A stretch of 64,000 bases of DNA, taken from the NCBI GenBank assembly GCA_043228905.1, contig JBHGNT010000008.1, positions 9,672,001-9,736,000 of the forward strand, read 5' to 3'. How positions within the stretch are numbered: the first letter of the stretch is position 1; every line of letters starts with the position of its first letter. The position numbers were made by a program, and so were the translations under genes. Under the pieces are notes generated by a model. It worked only from the letters and a program-made list of their open reading frames with translations, was not told where the DNA came from and made no database searches. The stretch is from Azolla caroliniana. Lineage: Eukaryota > Plantae > Polypodiophyta. Below are positions 1-9,711 of the stretch, piece by piece.

Positions 1-36
1 CAAATTACATATTACACGTGGGCTTATAGGTTGGTT

Positions 37-2850
37 TTATTCCTCTTCCAATCTGCCAAGGATATCCTTGGGGGCATGGGGTTGGTTTGGTTGCTCGGAA
101 GGTGGGGTTGGTGATGGAGGTTGTGTTGCCGAGTCGGGGAAGGCTGTGCCGATATGTGCGGCCTCCTCTGTTGGGACCGGTTCAGGTAGGGTCGGGGTTA
201 TAGTCAGTGGCTCGGGTGGGATGTCGAGGTCTATAGGGGCAGGTTGCCGTGGGGAGTGTCTCGGTTGGGATATGGAGGTCTGTAGGGGCAAGTTCCTCCG
301 GTCTAGCTGCCGCGGTGGGTGGCTCGGGTCCTTGCTCGTTGGTTGTGGGATCTCTGTTAATCCCGGTAGCGAGACGTTCCTCCTCGTACGCTTTGGCTTC
401 TAAGTGAAACACCATAAGATTGTCGTTGAATTCTTCTAAAAGTTGCTCGATGGCCGTGGTGTGGGAAGCTGCTAAGGTATGATATTCCTTAGTTAAGTCC
501 TCACGGAGGGCCTGGATGCTGGTGTCATCCATCTTGTAAAACCCTCAGCCCTCCTTCTTTCGGTTCTCAACATCCGCGCATAGTATGTGTAGGTCTGCAG
601 CTTGGACTAACCACCCCTGCCAGACATGGTCAAGCGTTTCTTTGATCGTTGTGGTGAATTACTGGCGATACTTGTTGATTAGGACCTTGATTTTAGTATC
701 TTCCATGCCGATGCTAGCGCGGTGAACTTCCATTGCCTCCCTTGCAGCCTTGGCTTCCGCTTGGCTTTTGCGGACTAGGAGTGCTAAATTAGCTTGATTA
801 TCTTTTGCTTTTTTGGTGATGAGCGCGATTTTCTGCTAATAGCTTGTGGTGAGCTAAGCTACAATTTCGTCCATGTCCTGTCGCCAAGCATCCCGATGTT
901 GTTCTCTGGCGACAATGTGCTCGGTTTGCAATTGGTGATACGCATCGGAAATTTTTGCTCTTTGCTCTTCCGAGATGTTCGTTGGCCATGTCTTGTAAGG
1001 CTCTTTGATGACGTCGTAATTCCTGGTTGTCCGCGAAGAGCTCTTGTTCCTGTTGGCTATTCCGCTCGGCTTCTTTGATGAAATGTTCTTTGGCCTCAAT
1101 GATAGAGACCTTAAGGGTCATCACCTCCCTTTCTCGTTCTTTGAGTGCGGCCGACCTTTCAGCAAGCTGGCGCTTGAGATCAGCTTCGCGGCTCGCGGCT
1201 TGTTCCCGTAGCTGGCCAAGACTGTTGTGGTGGTTCTGTTCTGCCAACTCGGCCAGAGCGATCTGGGCCTTTAGCTCCTCCTGGTAGTCTCGAAGGGGAG
1301 GCCCTGTCTAGGTTGCCACTTGCTGGATTCAAGGAGAGGGTTCCCTGTCTATCTGTGTAGATCGTTCCATGACGACCGGGGGTGGTGGCGTTTGCGTGGA
1401 GGATTGGTTGGATTGGGGGTGCGGGCTGATATCTGCTCGTGACGATGGCTCACTTATCTGTATCGAGTTCGTCAGTCTGCTGGCATCGACCGTGGCTACC
1501 CTGGGGTAGGTGGTGTCATCTTTGTGTGCATCGGTACCTTCAGCACCCGGGCTTGGGTTCAGAAGAGTGGCTGGTGAGACAACGTCACTCGGCGCAGGGA
1601 GGCTTAAGGGCGGCTGTTCTGGATGTTGTTGCTTGAATGTCGTCAGTTTCTCCTCGGCGGCTTGCCATAGCTCGGTAGCCCGTTTGGCTTGCTGATGCGC
1701 CGTTTTGATACATCGGGCCATGTCCTTTGCTGCCAGGGTAGTGCGGTGAGGATTGTGATATGCCTCAACTAAGGGCATGTTCAGATCTGGTAGTTCCATG
1801 AGAAGAGAAGCATTCTGTGCTTGCTTCTGTCTTCCTATCTTCTGTAAGGCTCGATCCTTGTGAGGTTCGATTTCACCCATTAGAGCGCGTTGAATCATCT
1901 TTGTTTCGGCGTGCTCCTCTGCCATACGAGTGGTAGCAGCTACTTGGGCACACGCGAGGAAATCCATTAACTCATATGTTGTGCCCAGTCGAAGTAGTGC
2001 ACTGAACTCGTATGCCTACGCAGGTAGATCTTTGTAACCGAGGACTTCCACCTATGATATCTGCGTGGTTTTTCCATGCTTGATCCTACCGACTTGGAGC
2101 CATGACTCCGCTGGTACCATGTCTGTGGAGGTTGGGCTAGCCTCTTTTGATTTTTGATGATGGTCGCCCTCGGTTGCTGTGGTTTCCTCTCGAATGATGC
2201 GGCGTCTTTTTGGCGGCTGATCCTTTGCATCCGGGCCGGTGGTGTTGGCTCCTTGGCCGTTTCCTCTTTTGTTGCCGGATGGCCGAGGGCTGCTGGCTTG
2301 TGGGCCGTGGGTTCGGTTGTGGAGAGGTCATTGATGTCCTTGGTGGTTTCTGCCGTATGGTGATATCCTCGGGGATGGGCTCCTCAGCCTCGTCCCATTC
2401 GACATGGGTCTCTATGACCGCTCGTTGTTTCTGTGTTTTTGGTGGGGCTGGTGCCGAGGCGGAAGTGGGGTTCCGAACGCCTGAGGGAGGTGGAGAAGGC
2501 GAGGGATCTTCCCATTCGTCCTGGGTTATCGCCAAAATCTTCTCCCATTGTTTCCTTGGTGGTGGTGGAGAGGTCAGGATGCGTCGAGGGGAAACCCTCG
2601 ACGCATCCTGACCTCTGCACAGGCAACAAACGCTTACTGGTTTGGAAGGATTCGAGCGCCGCGCGGACTCCTTCGCCGGTGATGATTCCCTAATCGATTT
2701 TGTTTACCTCGTATGCTTTGTTTTGTGGCATACTTGTAGGGTTGGTATGCACGAACGCGTACTCCATGAGGATGCGAGCGATTTCTCCGAAGGCCTTGTT
2801 GGATCCACCGTAGGTGCGATAGGCCTTACCAAATATGGAATACGCGATAC
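37..2850 (-). pseudogene. Extra 3' ORF of element A (globular block, helical block, coiled coils, Pro-rich tail)
   Basis: Fragments 2690-2959, 2137-2535, 1329-1967, 798-1247 and 182-532 are collinear and homologous to the extra ORF of element B, e.g. RMAEEHAETKMIQRAL vs RMAEEHAECQMIERAL. Confidence 0.8.
2569..2616. repeat. Perfect 22-bp inverted repeat with 4-nt loop
   Basis: AGAGGTCAGGATGCGTCGAGGG-GAAA-CCCTCGACGCATCCTGACCTCT read directly. Confidence 0.97.
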
Positions 2851-5124
2851 CAATTTGGGGGCGTGCATTGCATAAGTGTGCTCCCGATGGCGATATTTGA
2901 TGTGTCCACGAAGACGTGAAAAGGTTCCGACCATATCGGGGGTTGTACAATTGGGGCATGCGAGAGCATTAATTTCAAAGCTTGGTATGCCTCGTCCTCG
3001 ATTGAAGTCCATTGAAAGGGAAGTTGATGCACCGCCGCGTGTAGTGGTGTCGCGAAATCGGCCAGGTGGCATATCATCTGACTGTGCCATCTGATTTGCC
3101 CCAGAAATCGGCTGAGGGCCTTTGCGTTCGAGGGTGCGGGGCATTTAGGATGGCTTGTACTTTATCTGGATCCATGGCAATACCTTCTTGACTAACGATG
3201 TGCCCGAGTGGGTTGCCGCTTGTGACCAAGAATGCGCATTTTGCCGGTTTTAAACTTAACCGAGCTTGGCGACATCGATCAAGACAGAGACGTAACTGGG
3301 TCATGTGTTCCTATCGCTGGCCATACACGGCAAAGTCATCGAGAAAGAATTGCATGAACGCTGGGATATACTTGTTAAAAATTTCGGTGATGATGCGCTG
3401 GAACATGGCCGACGCCGTTTTCAAACCGAACATCATTACTTCTGTCACGAAAACACCCCATTCCGTGACAAATGTTGTTTTCTCCTGATCATCCGGGTGC
3501 ATTCTGATTATGTTGTAACCACTGAACCCGTCTAGAAAGTTGTAGCATTCGTGACCTGCCACCGTGTCGAGAACGCTATCCGTGAACGGGAGAGCGAATC
3601 CATCCGTGACTGTTGTAGCATTCAGCTTGCGGTAGTCGACGAAGACTCAGATTTTCCCGTTTTTCTTGGGGACGACTACGATTGGGCTTAACCATGTGGC
3701 GCGTTTTACAGGTCGTATGAACCCTACTCCGAGGAGCTTGTCTATTTCTTCCTTGACCTTAGCCGCATAATTGGGGTTCATCCGGTAGCGTCTTTGTTGA
3801 ATCGGCCGAGCGTCAGGGAGAAGATGGATCTGGTGTTGGTAGTATTGAGGGTCCAAAACCTTCATATCCGTGTAAGACCATGAGAATACATCCTGGTAAT
3901 CGGTGAGTAAGCGTATGAGGGCTACTTGTTCGCTGGCTGGTAAGTTATTAGCAATGTGTAGGGTGCGAGGGTTCTCATCCGAACCGAGGTTCAATGTCTC
4001 GAGTGTTGATGCCTTCACGACAGGAGCCTTTCCGCGGTCTGTTGTTGGGCATTGCGTAGCGTAGTGACCGGGTTGGTTGCACTTGAAGCAGGTAACGACG
4101 ACCGATTTGCTGGTGCCAGCCCGATCTCTGTGTGTGTGGGGGGGGGGAGGGTGTGATTGATTCCCGGCCTCGTGTGTTGGTGGGTTGGTCTAGGGCGCAT
4201 TCGAGATGCGCGATTCAATTTGAGGAGGGTCCCGACGACTGTTGTCGTTATTCCTTCTGTTGTTACACGATCCTCGGTGAGAGTTGCATAGATCATTACG
4301 TGAATTTCTCTGATCGTATCGGTCATCCCAATCATCATCATACCGATCATAATCGTCGTTTGCCCGATATTGGTCATCGTGATAGCGATCACGGCGGTCG
4401 TTTGATCTCTGTTGGTTGTCGTTTCGGTAACGGTCGTCGTCCTGACGGTAATCGTCATCACGGCACCACCTATCTGGTGATCGGGGTCATTGGTTATCCT
4501 GGTTTCGGTAGGATTGTCGCTCGTCCTGACGAGAGTATGTATCCTTGGGCTCGATTTGGCGAACCGGGGCTGTCGTTGTGCGGTTGAGCATATTGTATTC
4601 ACATTGCTTGACAGTGTGAGATCGCGATTGGTAGATCAGACACTAGGGCCGGTGAGGACATTCTAGGGCCAGATGGCCCGATCCCTAGCAAACTGTGCAT
4701 TGGAGGGCTTGGCGGAAGCGATTTTCCTCCTGGGGAAGGGCGCTTTGCAGCGAACTCATAGAGAAAGTCGTGTTTTGCTGTGTCCGATCGAGGGCGAGGA
4801 CGCGCGCTATGACTTGCTCGATCGTTTGGTTGGAAAAATTAGTAAGTGCAAGAGTCTTCTGTAGAGGCTCTCGTTGTCGTGTGAATCTTTTCACACTATG
4901 TAAAATAAATAAATAATAAAATAAGTACTTTATATTAGCTTAATGGCATGTTATAGAAAGATGGATGTTTGAGAAGATAAGGAAAAAAGAACTATGATTT
5001 ATCCCACATAGATAGGAAACTTAAGGCCCTGGCTATATAAGCACTTTCAGACCCCTCATTTTCATTTGTGCTAAGAGCAGTTTGGCCACTTTGTCTTCAT
5101 GGATGATGGTGACTATTTTCCCAA

Positions 5125-5290
5125 AAACTGGAAACCGGCCGATAAGCAATCCGGAACCGGCCGGGAAGCAAATTGGAACCGGCCGGGAAGCAATCTAGAA
5201 TCGGCTGGTAGGCAATCCGGAACCGTTCGGTAAGCAATTTGGAACTGGGCCGGGAAGCAAACCGGAACCGGCGGTGGAGCCGGCGAGGCA
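5125..5290. repeat. Degenerate ~22-bp tandem array (GGAACCGGCCGGGAAGCAA-like) inside the LTR
   Basis: About seven units of ccgg..aagcaa..ggaacc are visible. Confidence 0.85.
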
Positions 5291-5609
5291 GTGGGCGACC
5301 GGACGAGGCTGGACACAAACCGAACGGATAAAAGGATCATGTGGCTAATTAAAGTGAAGTGAAGAAAACTAAAGTAAAGGTCATGTGGACAGTCGCATGC
5401 AACGAAAAGAAAAAGCCATGCAACTAAAAATAGATGCAACTAAAAGAAAAAGCTAAGCAACTAAAAGTAGAGGCCATGCAACAAAAAGTGTACATGCATA
5501 TGATCAACTGGGAACTCTATATAAAATTCCATCTTTTTTTTACACTCATGCTCTCTCCATATTATCTTAATTATTTTTCTTTTCCTTCTGAGCTCCCTTA
5601 TCTTATTGA

Positions 5610-5820
5610 AGCCAAGAACCCTAAATTTCCTTACAGAAGTCATAAACCCTAATTTTCCCTACGGAAGCCATATCTTTCGTATAACCTAATTCTAATTTCC
5701 CTACGGAAGTAAAACACCCTAATTTTCCCTACAGAAACCAAAAACCCTAATTTTCCATACGGAAGCTATTGAACTCATAAACCATAATCTCTTATCAAAG
5801 CCAAGAACCCTAAATCTCTA
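5610..5820. repeat. Degenerate ~30-bp array with AACCCTAA telomere-like core inside the LTR
   Basis: Repeated a(a)accctaattttccctacggaag units. Confidence 0.8.
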
Positions 5821-6066
5821 TTGAATCCATATCTTAGTTTCTTCTAATCTATTATACTAGTAATATCCTTAAGATAAAACTTTTGTAATCCCAATCTTGG
5901 GATTGATTGTAATTTTTCTTTTCTATTTATTAATGAAATTTGCCAATCTTTCTCATTTTCCATTAACTGTTTAATATAAGCATACAAATTTGATATCTTT
6001 TGGTCGGAAGGCCCCGGGGTCTTGTCTCAAAGTTGACGTATCCTCGTCGTAATTTCACAACATCTT

Positions 6067-6084
6067 TGGTGAACCCGACGTGAA
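6067..6084 (+). promoter_or_regulatory. Primer-binding site complementary to plant tRNA-Trp 3' end
   Basis: TGGTGAACCCGACGTGAA is the reverse complement of ...TTCACGTCGGGTTCACCA, the plant cytosolic tRNA-Trp 3' end as recalled. Confidence 0.75.
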
Positions 6085-6539
6085 ACGAGGAGGCAAGTGT
6101 TGCCGATTAGGAACACGGTCCGCGGTCAGTCCTTCGACCTATACCTCCAAGTGGGTGTGGAACAACGAATAGGCGTCTAAGCGTAATGCGTAGGGGAATG
6201 TTCCCTGTAACCTATCAACGTATAAGGGAGACGGCTACAACCGAATCTTTAGCAAGGGTTACACTTACGTTCTTACATGCTCAAGTATTCAAGACACACA
6301 GTGGATTAGCCGTAGCTATACACAGAAAATCAGAGAAGATAGAATTCTTTTATGAGACGTTTCTTTACATTCCCAAATTTACACGCTCCCTCTATCAGAG
6401 GTTTTCTGCCCTTTATATACGCAGGGTCTATCTAGCCGTTCACGCTTCCTACGTGAACCGTTACATGCGTTATGATCTAATATTATTTCTTATTCCTACG
6501 CTCTTCTCCGTCGGTTACTATTCTGGCGGACAACACCTG

Positions 6540-9500
6540 GCACGTCTGTGGGACAGTGCCCTGGCACGTCGGACCCATCCCGTTAATCCTCTTCCAAAAT
6601 GGCCCGGATGTTTGGCTCTGCTGCGGCGTCCGTGTCCGAAGGCGACGTAGGGCCCATAGGTGCATCGTGGTGTGGCTCTCCTGTTTGGTCGGACTGGTTT
6701 CTCCCGGTGTCGCAGTCGTCGTGTGTGGGCGGTCCGGGTACGGTGGGCTCTTCTTGAGCTAGTGGGTTGGGCTCCACCGTCCTCGTGCTTGCAGTTGGCC
6801 GCGGTTTTGTCTCAATCGTTACTTCCTCCATGGTGTCCACCGTCTTTGTACGTATCGGGGAGTGGGGCGGCGATTCTGCCTGGCCCGCACCATTCTCCGT
6901 GTGGTCTGATGATAGCGTGGGTTCGTGCGGATGAACCTCTTCTTGGGTAGTGGTTTCGTTGTTAGTACTATGGGGAACTCTGCTTGTCGGTCCGCGCTGT
7001 TCACCGTCGTAATTTTTGGTGATCAGGCCTGAGGTTCCTCTTCTTCGGTCGTGCCCGGAATTGGCGTCGCGTTGGATTCCTTGTTTGTTCGTGTGTTGCC
7101 GGCTTGTGTTGATCTGGTGAAATAGCTCCTCATGGCTTTCACCAAATCATCTAAGAGATGTGCGAGTTCTTCAGAGTGTTGGTCCGCTAGCGCATGATAG
7201 TCTTGTGCAAGATCCTCTCGTACGGCCGCAATGCTCTCCTCATTTAGTTTATAGAACCCTCAGTTGTGTTTTCGCTGGTTCTCCCAGTCTGCACGATACG
7301 CGAGCAATTTCGCTGCTTGGGTTGCCCACGCCATCCATCCTTTGTCCAACGTCGTTTTCAATTGTGCTGTGAACCTCTCCCGATTTGTTTGGAGAAGATA
7401 CGCATGTTATCTGTGATGGCCTAGCAATGGTTGCGTGCGTCCTCCATCGACTTCTGGAGGTTTGCAATTTCTTGCTGTTTAACCGTCGCCGCTTCTTCGT
7501 ACGTGGCCTTCAGGCCCGCCCACAGTTGGGCTTCCTTTGCATGTTGTGAACCTCTCCCGATTTGTTTGGAGAAGGATATGCACGTTATCGGTGATGGCCT
7601 GGCAATGGTTGCGTGTATCCTCCATCGACTTCTAGAGGTTTGCAATTTCTTGCTATTTAACCGCCGCCGCTTCTTCGTACGTGGCCTTCAGGCCCGCCCA
7701 CAGCTCGGCTTCCTTTGCATGTTGTTCTTCTAATTTTCCCATTTCATTGTTTAGGCGGATTTCGAGCTGATGCCTTCTTTCTTGTTCGACCACCAGCTAC
7801 TCGTCGAACCATACCTTCCTTTTCTCTAATAAGGCCCGGAGTCCCGCGATTGCCGCCTCTGATTTCTTCGCGTCCTCCCGTAATTGGGTGTTTTCGTCTT
7901 TTGTCCAGATGTGTTGAGCCACCTCCGTAGCGAGTTTCTCTTCAAGGATTTTTACTACCTTCCGGCTGTTAGCCCATATCTCTTTTTCTCTGTCTGAGGA
8001 TTGGCGTAGTTCAGCTCGAAGGCGGTCAATTTCTAATTCTGCTAGTTGCACGACCCTTTTCGCTTTTAGTAGCGATGGCGGTCTGAGCCTCAATTTCTTC
8101 CTTTAAAGTGTCAATGGCGTGGTTTGGTGGCGGAGCTGCGTGTTGCGCCGTAGTCACGTTAGCTTCCAACTCTGCGATGCGTTTGTTGGCTTTTTCCAGT
8201 TCGGCTTGGGTCAGTTTCACCTTCTTCCAGACATTCTTATTTTTAATGGCCATCTCCTTGGCGCTTGTGCTGACATTTGCCAGTTCCCTATGGACTTCGA
8301 CTAGGGCCGTATTTAATGGGGGTATCTCCATCCCCACTCGGCGTACCCCGACGTTCCTCTGTCTGTCGACCCTGGCTAACCGCTCCTCATCGTTGCTCTC
8401 TCCCGTTTGTGTTAGGGCGCGCTCGATCATCTGGCATTCCGCGTGCTCTTCGGCCATTCGTTGGGAGGCTTTGACCTCTTGTGTTGCCAGGAATTCCATG
8501 AGCTCGAAAGAAGTTCCGAACTGTAATAGGGCGCTGAACTCATGGGCCGTATCCGGGATATCTGGATATGCCAAAACCTCGCTTTCCGCCGTCAATACGG
8601 CTTTCCCTCATTGGGACTGAGTCATAATGATTGGTCATGGCTCCCAGATGATTTCGAAGGTGGTATTGGGTTCCGTAGCTGCGGAGCCATGGCCTTCGGT
8701 CGGTGTCTCTATCGCCGTGGGGACATCTTTCACCAACCCCCGCCCATCTTTCCTGTCCAATCTACGCCGTTTCGGTCTGGGGCTATCCTACCGTGTTTCA
8801 GTGTGTGGCTCTGGGGCTGCTTCCACGGAACCTGCCGACCGTTCCTCCTGTGTTATCCGTGTGTCTGGCTGGTCGGTAGTTGTTGTCCTCAGGTCTTGCT
8901 GGGTGGGTTTGGGTTCCTCTTCCCACTCTGGGGCCGCTAACTCCGCTAACCTGTGTTTCGCGGATCGGGGCGGGGGCATGGGTCGGCTGGGCTACGGTGC
9001 CGGCAGGCCTCGGGGTGGGAATAGTACCATAAGGTATTGTTGTATGATCGGCTTGAGCTTTTTGCCTGCCTGATACGCGTGCAGGCCTTCCCTTAACGCC
9101 GACCCTGTGATGACCCCCCAATTGACCACACGCCCATCAAAGGTATCGATAATGATGCCCGCCTTCTGCTTGGGCATCCCATATGCGTTGACATGTACAC
9201 AACCGACTTCTAGCAAGAACTTGGTGACTTCACGGAAGAAGGGATCCGGAATCTGCTTCGTTCTTCAGGCCTTGGCGGCGGAGGAATATGACCCGAAATA
9301 TGGCTGCAGCGCCTCTGCAGAAGGGATTTCGAAATGCCTTTCTCCTAGCGATGACATGTCCAACTTCTTCTGGATGGAGAAGTTGGTGACCATGTCGATG
9401 TTAAGCTTCCTGGCGATGTCCATGGCATCCAGGTGTGGGGGTGCTTCTGCGACCCGGATGTACCCATCCAGGCGTTTCTCCACGAGCCATCGGCGTAAGG

Positions 9501-9711
9501 CAGTAGAGATGAAGATCGGCATCGCCAGAGGAGGTTCGTGGGAAGGAGACTGCTGGTTGCGGTGGGCTGAAGCTCTGTGATAGGATGGAGGAGAAGGTGA
9601 GGGGGAGGAGCGATGGGAGCGCTGATAGCTAGAAGATGGGTTTCTGTTTTGTGTAGAAAATCTTCTATTTCCTTCCTTTTGTGGCTTAGGGTTCATTGGG
9701 CGGTGAGCCAT
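6540..9711 (-). pseudogene. Extra 3' ORF of element B (about 1000 codons, disrupted)
   Basis: Own ATG at 9711, downstream of integrase on the same strand; fragments 9265-9711, 8992-9216, 8788-8979, 8026-8595, 7797-8093, 7421-7645, 6583-6840. Confidence 0.8.
7368..7722. repeat. Tandem duplication, 2 x ~177 bp, in the coiled-coil part of the extra ORF
   Basis: Units start TGTGAACCTCTCCCGATTTG at 7368 and 7545. Confidence 0.93.

Larger units (their letters stand above)
1..4895 (-). mobile_element. Decayed Ty3/Gypsy non-chromovirus (Athila-like) element A: gag, RT, partial RNase H, 3' extra ORF; protease and integrase deleted
   Basis: Gag zinc knuckle CFKCNQPGHYATQCP near 4050-4090; RT motifs WLSPIVVVPKKNGKI, FLDGFSGYN, FFLDDFAVYG (3311-4018); RNase H start FHVFVDTSNIAIG (2826-3077), which then joins directly to the extra ORF; many stops and frameshifts. 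Confidence 0.9.
4899..6062 (+). mobile_element. Long LTR (about 1.16 kb) followed by a PBS; internal region lost
   Basis: TG...CA ends; interrupts the gag of element A; internal subrepeats; followed after 4 nt by TGGTGAACCCGACGTGAA. Left boundary approximate. Confidence 0.65.

Noticed and set aside
5125-5290. Short repeat array as a possible CRISPR
   Set aside because: Contiguous degenerate units without spacers, inside an LTR.
5610-5820. Interstitial telomere
   Set aside because: AACCCTAA motifs are isolated within longer units, not tandem TTTAGGG arrays.
6067-6084. tRNA gene
   Set aside because: Only the 18-nt 3' complement including CCA is present, as expected for a PBS.
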